A DNA stretch of 64,000 nucleotides from a virus. The stretch lies in IMG/VR virus record IMGVR_UViG_3300020190_000008; one strand, written 5' to 3'. Position numbers and translations under genes: made by a program. Of this stretch, positions 31,544 through 41,616 are shown piece by piece (the first letter of the stretch is position 1; the number at the start of each line of letters is the position of its first letter). The notes beneath the pieces are model-generated. The model searched no databases, was not told the DNA's origin, and was given only the letters and a program-made list of their open reading frames with translations.

Positions 31544-31587
31544 ATTCTTTTTTATTATAAAAATATCTTACTTATGTTTTTTGTAAA

Positions 31588-31620
31588 TAAAAAACCCACA
31601 TAACAAAAAATTATGTGGGT
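31588..31620 (-). terminator. Intrinsic terminator after tail tube gene
   Basis: ACCCACATAA-n7-TTATGTGGGT followed by a T run on the minus strand. Confidence 0.75.
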
Positions 31621-31642
31621 AGTAAATAATATTTGAATAAAA

Positions 31643-32131
31643 TTAGTATACCAAAATACAACGGTCCATACGAAGTGATGCTGAAATATCAGCAATTGCA
31701 TCTTGAGAATAAGATAAAGAACCAAAGTTCAAGTCAGTCATAAATGTACCTTCTAAAATCCATTTTTCAACAACAACTCCGGTTGGGTCGAGCATTTCCA
31801 AATCTACATTTTTCTTATAACCTGCAGCATAACCCATACGTCCTGTTACAGATTCAGCACATAAACGCATCCATTCCATTAGTGCTTGTGCTGCAGAAGG
31901 TCCAATCGGATCTCTAAATTTAACAGTAATTGGGTCCCAGTTAAATCTACCAGCAACAAAAGTTGAAGTGTTTAAAAATTGGATTTCTGTCGAACCTACT
32001 TTAATTGAAGGTCTTGAAGCACTTTCAACAAACCATTCGTTTATTCCCAAACTAGAAGGAAATCTTAAGATAAACCTGTTCTGTCTTTTCGGTTCATAAG
32101 GAACTGGCATTTTCATTAATAAATCAGCCAT
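31643..32131 (-). CDS. Tail tube protein (gp19-like)
   Basis: EPKRQNRF, SASRPS, AGRFNWDPITVKFRD, LDPTGVVVEKWILEG. Confidence 0.9.
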   Translation of the reverse strand: MADLLMKMPVPYEPKRQNRFILRFPSSLGINEWFVESASRPSIKVGSTEIQFLNTSTFVAGRFNWDPITVKFRDPIGPSAAQALMEWMRLCAESVTGRMGYAAGYKKNVDLEMLDPTGVVVEKWILEGTFMTDLNFGSLSYSQDAIADISASLRMDRCILVY

Positions 32132-32259
32132 AATTTTTATTTTTTAATTTAATGTTTATTTTTCTTTTTTTGATAAATATATCGATATTAGGAATTTTTC
32201 TATTTACTTTCAGTTTTTTTCAAATTATATATCCTATTATAAATATTACTTAATTAATA

Positions 32260-33093
32260 TTAATACTGTTTTTTTTCTCCCCCTGCTGTTAAATAAGTTT
32301 TTAATATATTATCTTCTTTTTTATCAAAATGTTTTTTCATAGATTCTACGTTTCTTACATCATCATCTGAAAATCCAATAAAAGGTGTAAAGTAATTTTT
32401 AATTTTATTTTTCATCATACTTTTTGATTGTAGATTCTTTGAAGTAAGCTTAACGTAATCTACAAATTCTTCCATCGCATCAATCTTGGCTTGTTCAGGA
32501 TTTGTTTCCGAACCTTCACCGAAAGATACAGGATAAAATCTACACATATCAAGATATGATCTAATTAGTTGATCCTTTGTTAATTTATCTTCATCAGCCA
32601 AATTTCTATACTTTAATAAATTTTTAGCTAACTGGTTTGAATCAATACCATGTATATTTTTTTTAATTAAATTATATACAGCTTGTTTTAAAATACTTGG
32701 TGTGTGTCCTCTTGCTGTTACAATTGAAAAAATAGAGCCGTTGTTTATGGCTTCCACAAAATCTGACCATGCAGGTCCAGTAGGAGCTTTCATCACATCT
32801 TCTAAGAATTTCTTATCACCGGTCACCCTAAAATCCCTAAACGGGTTTTTATCAAAACCGACAATTGTATGACCTTCATATTCTAAGTCTTCATTTCCAA
32901 TTTCTGTTCTGTATTCGGCAAAATCTTCTGTTGACATACCCACTGATTTCCCTTCACTATCCTTCAAATAAATTTTTGTTGGCATATACATAAGATTGTC
33001 ATCCCAATCAAATGCGTAGTATTTCATAACTGGTGTATGAGCATCATCAATAATTTCATTGATGATTTGTCTAACTAAATTTTTATAATTCAT
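32260..33093 (-). CDS. HAD-superfamily phosphatase-like protein
   Basis: FDWDDN (DxD), IVTARG, GFSDDD. Start placed at MNYKNLV (33093) because the longer ORF call overlaps a terminator and a TATTTAT motif. Confidence 0.7.
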   Translation of the reverse strand: MNYKNLVRQIINEIIDDAHTPVMKYYAFDWDDNLMYMPTKIYLKDSEGKSVGMSTEDFAEYRTEIGNEDLEYEGHTIVGFDKNPFRDFRVTGDKKFLEDVMKAPTGPAWSDFVEAINNGSIFSIVTARGHTPSILKQAVYNLIKKNIHGIDSNQLAKNLLKYRNLADEDKLTKDQLIRSYLDMCRFYPVSFGEGSETNPEQAKIDAMEEFVDYVKLTSKNLQSKSMMKNKIKNYFTPFIGFSDDDVRNVESMKKHFDKKEDNILKTYLTAGGEKKQY

Positions 33094-33112
33094 ATTAATA
33101 AATATTACATAA

Positions 33113-33140
33113 AATAAAAAATGGGGATCAATGACCCCCA
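33113..33140 (-). terminator. Intrinsic terminator after sheath gene
   Basis: Minus strand TGGGGGTCATTGATCCCCA followed by TTTTTTATTTT. Confidence 0.65.
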
Positions 33141-33162
33141 CTTTATAATAACCTTTAATTTA

Positions 33163-36100
33163 TTATACATCATCAAACGACGCACCAGTTGGTGTAATGT
33201 AGAATGTGATATCAATAAATTCTAAAGATTTTGTTGGTTTGATGTAGATTTTACCTACCATCTGATTTTTATCCAAATCTTCTGTATCATTAGATACTGT
33301 TACTCGGAAATCATATAAACCTCTATCTCTTCTAATTGAATCTAAGATTGGGTTAACAGCATTCAAGAAGTCTTGTCTTACTTGTTGGTCGTTTTGGTCA
33401 AACAACAATCTTACAGAAACAGCGGAAATCAATTTACGAGCTTGTAATAACAATCTTCTTACATTGATTCTATCAAGTGCTGATTCTCTTACTTGAAGTG
33501 TTTTGTTACCCCATATTACGGTACCTACATCAGCAAATGTTGCAATTGGGTTAATTCTTCCAAGGTAAAGAACATCTCTATCTTCTTGTGTTAACTTCTT
33601 ACGGGCTTTAATTGAATTAACAATACCACGAGTATAACCAGCAGCCGCAAACCAAGGGAATGCAATGTTGTCAGTTAATGCTAAGTTTCTTGTTACTTCA
33701 GCCGTTGCTGGAATATAGATTTGTGTGTTATTAACACTATCTCTTGTTAACACCCAAGGATAATATGTTGCAGTATAGTTTGAATCGATTCCAGTTTCTT
33801 CTAACAAATCAACAGCTTCTTGAGGGTAGATAAAGTTATCACCATCAGTTGTTGATGCAACGAACATTTGATAATCTGGCATTGTTGTGATATACAATGA
33901 ATCAGCTCTTTCATTTTCAACCATATCGATTGTTTTTTCAACTAAATCACTATTATTATATAAATCAATACCTGGTGTTGTGAATACATTGATGTTTACA
34001 GCTTCTGGATTAGCAAAAGTTCTAATACCTAATAAGTAAGCATAATAATCTGTATTTCCATATTCAACAGAACCATCACCGATTGCAATTTGTTTAAATA
34101 AACCATTACCTTTTCCTTTAGGGAATCTTAAAGAAGAACAAGCACCATTTAAGAATCCTGTCCTACCTAATGTGTATTTATCAGCATTTGTTCTATATTC
34201 TCTGTATATATCCCAACCATCAAATCCACCATAAACCATAACCGTGAATTTTCTTGAATTTAATCTGTAGTAAGGATCTGTTGGGTCTGTTGGTTCAGAA
34301 GAGAACGAAGCGTCTCCAACTTCAAATGCTGTAGTACCACTTGATGCGAAAGCACCTGAAATTGTAATACCACTCGCAAATTGGTCCATATGGAAACCTT
34401 TAGTCTTGAAATCCCAATCAAATGGTTCCCCAGTACATAGATTAAATGGTTTTCTTTTTCCTTTATATTGGAAGAAGTCGGTATCAACACCCCAATAAGA
34501 ACTAAGACCTAAATAAGTTCTTCTAATGTTATCACCAGGACTTGTGAACGCATCGTCACCACCACTTGATAAACCAAAAGGAGGGTTAAATACTAATTCA
34601 CCAGGGATAAAATATTTAGTCTTATAAACTGGGAATGGAGATTTTCCACCTGGATATTCTCTGAATGTATAACCTTCAAATCCACAAGGTATTGCATCAA
34701 TAGGCGCATCTTCGTTCATCTCAACAAGAACGTATCTTGATTTCAATTCATATTCACCATCTAATGTACCAATTTTTTTAGCAATAAAGTTATTTTCTTG
34801 AGGATTCATAGAACAATTAGTGAATTTTTCTAATACAACTGGGTTAGCATCAGTATCAAAATAATCTCTAATTAAAACAGTAAATGTTTCATTGTTAAAT
34901 GATAGGTCAGTTAATGAAATTTTAACTTCTGTGTTTGCACTATTACCGTCTGAAATTGTGTAAAACTTAAATAGATTATAAACTTTTGTACCTCTTAATT
35001 CTGAAACAACCCAAGGTGTGCTAGGTGATTGGAATTTTTCTAAGTAATAACCAATACTACTTAAATCATTACTTTGAGCACCTTCACTAACAACTAATTC
35101 AGCACTTAGACCTCTAATATAACCTTTACTCCAAGCATAGTTAAGTAGGTTTAAATAAGATTCTTCAACCATTAAAGGAACTTGAGTTCTTGGTTTTTCA
35201 AAGTTACCACGACCAAATACTTTGTTAATATTCTTAGCGTCGTTATTTGAAAGTGAAACTTCAAAAGCAAAATCAGTACCGTCATAGTTTGTAGCATTAA
35301 CACCAAATGGTAAAAATGGATTTTTAAGAACACCACTATATTGACCGGTCATATCTATAGTAACATCTGTTACACCTGTTACTTCATAAACTGGGTTTGT
35401 TCCGTCTGAATAAGGTGAAATACCTCTTGATCTTAATGTAGTAATAATCAAGTCATCGTATTCCGTAAACGATGTTCCAGTATAGTAATATATCATACCA
35501 ACAACTGAACCTGTAAAACACACATTTGGTGTTGGTGGAACGGTAGTTGTTGTTGTAGTTGGTAATATTGGGTCACAAATAAATTGTAAAGTTATAGTTA
35601 CATCATTAGGGTCTAATTCTGCTGGGTCACTAGATACTAAATTACTTATTGAACCAGTACCTGCTAATCTTTGGTAATCATCATTAGGGAAACTAACAAT
35701 TGTACAACCACTAACTTCACCAGCATCTATTGTAACTGAATCACTAATTAATATTGGCAATCCACTTGTTACATCAATTGTTGCATCAAATGATAATGTT
35801 ACGTCATTTGGAACTGGTAATGTTGATGATAAACAAAACTGAACAACAATTGATCCTGGTGCGACACTAACAACTAAATTGTAAGGACCAAAATTTCCAG
35901 TCGTTGTTGTAGTTGTTGTTGGTAATAACAACGGGTTAAAAGGATTTACCAAACTTGTATATACATTTGTTTGTTGTAAATTATCAACCGATGTAAAGAA
36001 TGAAAATCCAGAATATAAACTATTACCAGCATTTTGGAATAGTGCATAATACCAAGAATCATTTTGTGGTGAACTTGGGTCAGAATTTTCGAATACAACA

Positions 36101-36825
36101 TTATCAACAGCAAAAACATTTGTTTCAGCCGTGTAACCACCAGCATATAAACTATTATAATCAGCTTGAGGTATAGAACCAAAATATCTTATAAAATTAT
36201 TTTGTGCTGCAGTTGGGTTACTACTATTAATAACATCAGAAATTAAAGCATTAATTTGTGTTTGTAATGTAGATAAGTCCCCATCAAATTCTTCATAAGA
36301 AGAAGTTAATATGTTTTGAATGTCGCTTGGAAAGTTTGTTAAATAATTAACAAAACCAGTTTCCAAAGTACAAGCACTAAAATTAACTGTAAATGGTAAT
36401 TCTTTTTTAATTACACAAGCTGGTTCACATAAAACAGTACCAGCACTTAAACACCAATAATCTAGTGTCTTTGGGTCTAAGTTTGCTTTAGTCATTATAG
36501 ACCAAGAAGGTCCTGCGTCATAACCAGATAATCCTAAAATTCTGGTAACAAACAATTGATTAGATTGTTGTAGATACGCTTTAGCGATATATGCAGATTC
36601 GTATTTTGGAATCTGTGTGTTTACAAATTTTTCTGGTGATGTTCCACCAAAATATTGTTGGAATTCGTCGAAATTTCTTACAAAAATTGGTTCAAATGCA
36701 GGACCCTTAATTGTTTCTCCGGCGATTCCCAAGGTTGTAACACCAACACTTTGAGCGACAAAACTCAAATCAACTTCTGATGTATAAACCCCTGGTGATA
36801 CAAAAACTTTACTGTTAGTAGCCAT
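33163..36825 (-). CDS. Contractile tail sheath protein with large insertions
   Basis: FVSPGVYTSEVD, GPAFEP, YYPWV, PWFAAAGYTRG, RINPI, WGNKTLQ, LDRINVRRLL, IKPTKSLEFI. Confidence 0.95.
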   Translation of the reverse strand: MATNSKVFVSPGVYTSEVDLSFVAQSVGVTTLGIAGETIKGPAFEPIFVRNFDEFQQYFGGTSPEKFVNTQIPKYESAYIAKAYLQQSNQLFVTRILGLSGYDAGPSWSIMTKANLDPKTLDYWCLSAGTVLCEPACVIKKELPFTVNFSACTLETGFVNYLTNFPSDIQNILTSSYEEFDGDLSTLQTQINALISDVINSSNPTAAQNNFIRYFGSIPQADYNSLYAGGYTAETNVFAVDNVVFENSDPSSPQNDSWYYALFQNAGNSLYSGFSFFTSVDNLQQTNVYTSLVNPFNPLLLPTTTTTTTGNFGPYNLVVSVAPGSIVVQFCLSSTLPVPNDVTLSFDATIDVTSGLPILISDSVTIDAGEVSGCTIVSFPNDDYQRLAGTGSISNLVSSDPAELDPNDVTITLQFICDPILPTTTTTTVPPTPNVCFTGSVVGMIYYYTGTSFTEYDDLIITTLRSRGISPYSDGTNPVYEVTGVTDVTIDMTGQYSGVLKNPFLPFGVNATNYDGTDFAFEVSLSNNDAKNINKVFGRGNFEKPRTQVPLMVEESYLNLLNYAWSKGYIRGLSAELVVSEGAQSNDLSSIGYYLEKFQSPSTPWVVSELRGTKVYNLFKFYTISDGNSANTEVKISLTDLSFNNETFTVLIRDYFDTDANPVVLEKFTNCSMNPQENNFIAKKIGTLDGEYELKSRYVLVEMNEDAPIDAIPCGFEGYTFREYPGGKSPFPVYKTKYFIPGELVFNPPFGLSSGGDDAFTSPGDNIRRTYLGLSSYWGVDTDFFQYKGKRKPFNLCTGEPFDWDFKTKGFHMDQFASGITISGAFASSGTTAFEVGDASFSSEPTDPTDPYYRLNSRKFTVMVYGGFDGWDIYREYRTNADKYTLGRTGFLNGACSSLRFPKGKGNGLFKQIAIGDGSVEYGNTDYYAYLLGIRTFANPEAVNINVFTTPGIDLYNNSDLVEKTIDMVENERADSLYITTMPDYQMFVASTTDGDNFIYPQEAVDLLEETGIDSNYTATYYPWVLTRDSVNNTQIYIPATAEVTRNLALTDNIAFPWFAAAGYTRGIVNSIKARKKLTQEDRDVLYLGRINPIATFADVGTVIWGNKTLQVRESALDRINVRRLLLQARKLISAVSVRLLFDQNDQQVRQDFLNAVNPILDSIRRDRGLYDFRVTVSNDTEDLDKNQMVGKIYIKPTKSLEFIDITFYITPTGASFDDV

Positions 36826-36856
36826 TGTCTTTATTTAATTTATTCATTTATTTTAA

Positions 36857-36908
36857 TATAAATATTAGTGTTTTCACTAAAAACTTTACTTATTATAAAC
36901 TATTTATA
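36857..36908. promoter_or_regulatory. Back-to-back TATTTATA motifs for the sheath gene (-) and RHH gene (+)
   Basis: 36857-36864 on minus, 36901-36908 on plus. Confidence 0.55.
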
Positions 36909-36920
36909 TTTTGGTATGAT

Positions 36921-36942
36921 TTTTTTCTACCTTTTTTCTACC
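36921..36942 (+). repeat. Perfect 11-bp tandem direct repeat (TTTTTTCTACC x2), candidate operator
   Basis: Ends 2 nt before the ATG of the RHH-like gene. Confidence 0.6.
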
Positions 36943-36943
36943 A

Positions 36944-37108
36944 ATGTCAGAACAACCAAAAAAGATAAAAAATTTAAAGATTGATAAGGACGTTCACGAT
37001 GTCTTAAAAAAATATTGTGATAAACGTGGACTTAAAATGTATAAGTTTTTAGAAAGTTTAATTTTGGAAAAATGTAAAGAAAAAAAAGATATATACGGTG
37101 AAGATTAA
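36944..37108 (+). CDS. Small ribbon-helix-helix-like DNA-binding protein (54 aa)
   Basis: Below the ORF-track cutoff. MSEQPKKIKNLKIDKDVHDVLKKYCDKRGLKMYKFLESLILEKCKEKKDIYGED has a beta-alpha-G-alpha pattern; TATTTATA upstream. Confidence 0.7.
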   Translation: MSEQPKKIKNLKIDKDVHDVLKKYCDKRGLKMYKFLESLILEKCKEKKDIYGED

Positions 37109-38142
37109 TTTAGGGCCTCAACGTAAACTAAACTAGCAGGTTGGGTTGCATCTAATCTAACAATTTGAAATAAAATTGTATCATTTGTGTTAATTTGTAT
37201 TTCAGTTAAATCATTCCCATAATAATCACCATTTATATAAACTTGGAACGAACTAATGTTATTTGATTGAGTTAGACTCATTTTAAATGTATAATTGAAT
37301 AATTCTTCAACCTCATCAGTTGTTACTGGAAATACAACATCATAAACCGTAGGCTCTGGTGGTTGACTTCTTTTTTGTCTTTTTTTCTTATACGGTGTTT
37401 CAGTTTCAAATATCTGGAACGATCTTGTTATTGCCGGACTAACTTCAAACTGGTCTTCATCAATTAAAAAACCCATCATTGTAAATTCATATTTTTGGAT
37501 ATAATATTTTCGTTTTTCCAAATCCATTACAGATTCATCAGAAATATTATTCATCTTAATTGGAATGTAATGTCCTTTAATTGTTTGGTATGCTTGTAAC
37601 GAAGAAAATTTTTCAATAACGGTCTGGTTAAATTTATTAACTTCACGCATTCTATTACATATAATCGCAACAGTATAGGTTATATCAACTGGAACCGGTT
37701 GAGGTATTTTGTAAATGTCGTAACCATTTTTATTACCATCCCAAGTAGGTACTTTAGCGTAAAAATATAATCTTCTATTTGGTATTGTATAAACTATCGA
37801 AGGGTTGTTACCATATTTAACTTCTGGTGTTCTAATTACAGTAATAAATGGCGGTTCAGTATTTTTATCTATGTTTTGAAAATCCCAAGTTTCTGTAAAT
37901 TGTGCCCAGTTTTGTGTTGTGATTAAAATATCAATCATAGGAATTGTCTTACCCTCAACAACACATTTTAATTCGTCACGTACAAAATCTAAAAATCCCC
38001 TATCCAAATCTGCGTGTAATAAACTTTTTGGTAAAAATGTTCCATCCGCTTCTATCATATCACGAAGTTCTCTTCTTCGTGGTAGAAGTGTTTTAGATTC
38101 TGTCAAAGGAATATATTTTTTAATTTTTTTTGGTAAACCCAT
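37105..38142 (-). CDS. Tail completion/terminator protein (gp15-like)
   Basis: PQPVPVDITYTVAI, PFITVIR; lies between neck and sheath genes. Confidence 0.6.
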   Translation of the reverse strand: MGLPKKIKKYIPLTESKTLLPRRRELRDMIEADGTFLPKSLLHADLDRGFLDFVRDELKCVVEGKTIPMIDILITTQNWAQFTETWDFQNIDKNTEPPFITVIRTPEVKYGNNPSIVYTIPNRRLYFYAKVPTWDGNKNGYDIYKIPQPVPVDITYTVAIICNRMREVNKFNQTVIEKFSSLQAYQTIKGHYIPIKMNNISDESVMDLEKRKYYIQKYEFTMMGFLIDEDQFEVSPAITRSFQIFETETPYKKKRQKRSQPPEPTVYDVVFPVTTDEVEELFNYTFKMSLTQSNNISSFQVYINGDYYGNDLTEIQINTNDTILFQIVRLDATQPASLVYVEALN

Positions 38143-38144
38143 TA

Positions 38145-38657
38145 TTAAAGTGCTCTAAATTCATTAGGTCCGACTGGTGCCGCAACAATTGTTTTATAAA
38201 AAGGACGATAACCTTTATATGTATGTTTAAAATCAGATATTACTCTACCGTCATTTACAACTGTGTAATACCTAACAAAATTTTCTGAATCATAATACCC
38301 AACATAATCCCCAAGGTCAATATCTATTCCCAATTCTTCAAGTGTCTTTAAATAAACAGAAATTGTAATGTTCCCAGGTTCTAACTGAACATTTTTAGTT
38401 GACCCAACATTTTTATTTTCTGGTGTTGCAATTTGTACAAAAGCGTTAAATTCAATAGGTGGTAAAAATTTAACACCATCCGAAACAGTTTCACCATAAA
38501 CATCATCTGTTTTTGTCTTTAATTTATCAACTTTATAAAGAACACAAGTGAAGTTCATATCACCAATTAGCCATTCCTGACCCATTTCTATTTCAAGGTT
38601 AAAGTCACTATCACCAAAAAATTTACCTAATCTTGTTATTGGAACTCTATTCTGCAT
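38145..38657 (-). CDS. Head closure/neck protein (gp14-like)
   Basis: LYKVD...DDVYGE....KFLPPIEF; LGDYVGY. Confidence 0.6.
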   Translation of the reverse strand: MQNRVPITRLGKFFGDSDFNLEIEMGQEWLIGDMNFTCVLYKVDKLKTKTDDVYGETVSDGVKFLPPIEFNAFVQIATPENKNVGSTKNVQLEPGNITISVYLKTLEELGIDIDLGDYVGYYDSENFVRYYTVVNDGRVISDFKHTYKGYRPFYKTIVAAPVGPNEFRAL

Positions 38658-38716
38658 TTTGTTTATTTATTGATAAATATTGTTTTTATTATTATTTTTA
38701 TGTATAACTTTGAATT

Positions 38717-41578
38717 TTGGAATTACAAAAACAATTAATAGAATACAAAGCTCTTGATTTATTGGATTCATATAGTGGTGCCAATAACCATATTTTGTAT
38801 ATGAAAACCAAAAAGGAAACTAATAAAAAGTTTTATCCCACAAGAACCCAAGCCGAATACGTTGTTGCGTATTTTGATACAAAACCAAAGGTTGCTCGTA
38901 AATGGGTTGAGTTAGATCCTTACTTTGCAAAGAAGTTCGCCCAAGAAAGATATTTGTTTGAAACTCCGGAAAAAGTTTATATTGAAAAATTACTTGTTGA
39001 AAAAGATAAGTCATATCATATCTGGGGTAAATTTTTTGAAAAAGATAATTTATCTGAGTTTTGGGTACCTAAATCATCTTTAATTAAATCACAAACGGTA
39101 GATGAGGTTATTATTGATTATTCTAAATACAATCATAGACCACCACTTTCACATCAAAAAGAAGCAATAGAAAAACTTGTTGGGTCCAGAAGATTTATTT
39201 TGGCAGATGATATGGGGCTTGGGAAATTTTTACCCATAAAAACACCAGTTTATACACCAACAGGAACTAAAAAAATCGGTGACATTAAAATTGGTGATAA
39301 GGTTATTGGTAGTGACGGTAAATCCCATAATGTTATTGGTGTATTCGCACAAGGAATAAAGGAAACATATAAAATCACATTTAATGATGGGTTTTCAATT
39401 TTAGCTGGTGACGAACATTTATGGTCTGTGTCATCACCCAATTATGGTAAAAATAGAAAAAACGAAAGACTAAAAAAATCTTTAGTTTTATCAACAAAAC
39501 AAATGTATGAGGGTGGCAAAATTAAAATTAAAGGGGTTGGACACAATAAAAATAAAGAGTATGAAATTGAAACACATTATAAACACTCAAATGGTAATAA
39601 TAAGTGGCAAATACCAATCGTTGACCCAATTCAATTTGAACGGGGTGATATTCTTCCGATAGATTCTTATTTATTAGGTCTTGGATTAGGTGACGGTTCG
39701 TTTAGTCAAAAAAACATTAGATTTTCGGTACATAAAGATGATTATGACGATATGTTTGAGTCATTTCCATTGAATGAACATAAAACAAGGATTAATCAAA
39801 GGGGTGGGGGTATTAATGTTGGTACTTCCTTGTATGATTTAGGTATTGAACATACACGGTCTCAAACTAAATTTATTCCAGAAATATATAAATATTCCTC
39901 AATTGAAAATAGGTTAGCAATTCTACAAGGATTAATGGATACTGATGGACATTGTATGTTTAATGGAAGTGGGAAGTTTTTAGGGATTGAATTTTCTACT
40001 ATATCAAAACAACTATGTGATGATGTTGTTGAGATTGTTCAAACATTAGGTGGTATTGCTAGAGTCAAAACTCGTATTCCAACCTATACTTATAATGGCG
40101 AAAAAAAGAAAGGTAAGTTAGCATATAGGGTTAATATTAAATTACCAAAGGGTATGAACCCATTTAGATTAAAACGAAAAGCCGAAAGGTATGTTGAACC
40201 AACAAAATACCCAACCGGTAGATATATTAAAAATATTGAAAAGGTTGGTTTTGAAGATAGTGTTTGTATTTCTGTTGATTCTCCAGATAAATTATATGTC
40301 ACAGAACATTGTATTGTAACCCATAATACAACCTCAACAATTATTGCAGCTTTAGAAACTGGAGCAAAGAAAATTTTGATTGTTTGTCCAGCATCACTTA
40401 AAATAAATTGGGAAAGAGAAATTGCAAATTATTCAAATAGAACCTGTTATATTGCAGAAGGTAAAAAATTCTCAACTGAAGCTGATTTTGTTATTGTTAA
40501 TTATGATATTTTAAAAAACTTTCATAGTAAAGATGACAAAGAAAATTCATTATTATTACAATCAAATTTTGAACTTGTAATTTTAGACGAGGCTCATATG
40601 GTTTCAAATGCCCAGGCCCAAAGAACAAAACTTATAAATGATTTTGTAAAAAATATTAAAAGAGTTTGGTTATTAACTGGTACACCAATGACATCAAGAC
40701 CAATTAACTATTATAATTTATTAAACATTATTGAAAGTCCTGTTGCACAAAACTGGATGGCTTATGCTATTCGTTATTGTCAAGGTTTTCAATTCAGAGC
40801 GGGGAATAGAAAAGTTTGGAATGTGACCGGAGCGTCAAACCTAGAAGAATTAAGAAATAGAACATCAAAACAAATTTTAAGAAGGTTAAAAGAAAATGTT
40901 TTAGATTTACCAGAAAAGATAATCACACCAGTTTATCTAAGGACATCATCAAAAGAATATAAAGATTTAATGGGTGAGTATTATCATTGGCTAAAGAATA
41001 AAACTGATGAATCTTCATCCCTTACAGTTCAGTTTTCAAAACTTATGAAAGTAAGAAAAGTAATTGCAAATGAAAAAGTAAAAGATACAATTGAGTTCGC
41101 ACAAAACATTATAGACCAAGGAAAAAAATTAATTATATTTACAAACTTTACAGACACACTACAACTAATTCATAATCACTTTGGTAAAGAATCGGTATAT
41201 CTAGATGGTAGTTGTAATAAAGTACAAAGACAGTATGCTGTTGACCAATTTCAGGAAAATGAAAAGATTAAAGTTTTTGTTGGTAATTTGAAAGCAGCAG
41301 GTGTTGGTCTTACTCTAACAGCGGCCGAAGTTGTAATTATGAATGATTTATCTTTTGTTCCAGCAGAACACGCACAAGCTGAAGATAGGGCTTATCGTTA
41401 TGGTCAAAAAAATAATGTGTTAGTTTATTACCCAATTTTTGAAAACACAATCGAAGGCGTGATTTACGATATACTAAATAAAAAGAAAAAAGTAATTGGT
41501 ACCGTTATGGGTGATGAACTGCAAGAATCTGGTGACGTTGTTGAAGAAATTTTAAATTTAATAAATAAAAAAAGATAA
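38717..41578 (+). CDS. SNF2-family (HARP/SMARCAL1-like) helicase interrupted by an intein
   Basis: LADDMGLGK|intein|TT, VCPASL, LDEAH, LTGTP, GVGLTL, QAEDRAYRYGQ. Confidence 0.9.
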   Translation: MELQKQLIEYKALDLLDSYSGANNHILYMKTKKETNKKFYPTRTQAEYVVAYFDTKPKVARKWVELDPYFAKKFAQERYLFETPEKVYIEKLLVEKDKSYHIWGKFFEKDNLSEFWVPKSSLIKSQTVDEVIIDYSKYNHRPPLSHQKEAIEKLVGSRRFILADDMGLGKFLPIKTPVYTPTGTKKIGDIKIGDKVIGSDGKSHNVIGVFAQGIKETYKITFNDGFSILAGDEHLWSVSSPNYGKNRKNERLKKSLVLSTKQMYEGGKIKIKGVGHNKNKEYEIETHYKHSNGNNKWQIPIVDPIQFERGDILPIDSYLLGLGLGDGSFSQKNIRFSVHKDDYDDMFESFPLNEHKTRINQRGGGINVGTSLYDLGIEHTRSQTKFIPEIYKYSSIENRLAILQGLMDTDGHCMFNGSGKFLGIEFSTISKQLCDDVVEIVQTLGGIARVKTRIPTYTYNGEKKKGKLAYRVNIKLPKGMNPFRLKRKAERYVEPTKYPTGRYIKNIEKVGFEDSVCISVDSPDKLYVTEHCIVTHNTTSTIIAALETGAKKILIVCPASLKINWEREIANYSNRTCYIAEGKKFSTEADFVIVNYDILKNFHSKDDKENSLLLQSNFELVILDEAHMVSNAQAQRTKLINDFVKNIKRVWLLTGTPMTSRPINYYNLLNIIESPVAQNWMAYAIRYCQGFQFRAGNRKVWNVTGASNLEELRNRTSKQILRRLKENVLDLPEKIITPVYLRTSSKEYKDLMGEYYHWLKNKTDESSSLTVQFSKLMKVRKVIANEKVKDTIEFAQNIIDQGKKLIIFTNFTDTLQLIHNHFGKESVYLDGSCNKVQRQYAVDQFQENEKIKVFVGNLKAAGVGLTLTAAEVVIMNDLSFVPAEHAQAEDRAYRYGQKNNVLVYYPIFENTIEGVIYDILNKKKKVIGTVMGDELQESGDVVEEILNLINKKR
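39227..40327 (+). mobile_element. Class 3 intein with LAGLIDADG homing endonuclease (367 aa) in the Walker A motif
   Basis: Starts FLPIKTPVYTPTG after GK and ends IVTHN before T; block B HLW, block F VCISV, block G THN; LLGLGLGDG and LQGLMDTDG. Confidence 0.9.
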
Positions 41579-41616
41579 TTTCATTTTATTTTATATATTT
41601 ATTAAATAAAAATATT

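Noticed and set aside
33094-33141. N-terminal extension MGVIDPHFLFY of the HAD gene
   Set aside because: Overlaps the sheath terminator and the upstream motif; ATG at 33093 fits better
38705-38712. TAACTTTG matching the Bacteroidota -7 promoter consensus
   Set aside because: Single instance only 4 nt from the predicted start; too weak to call
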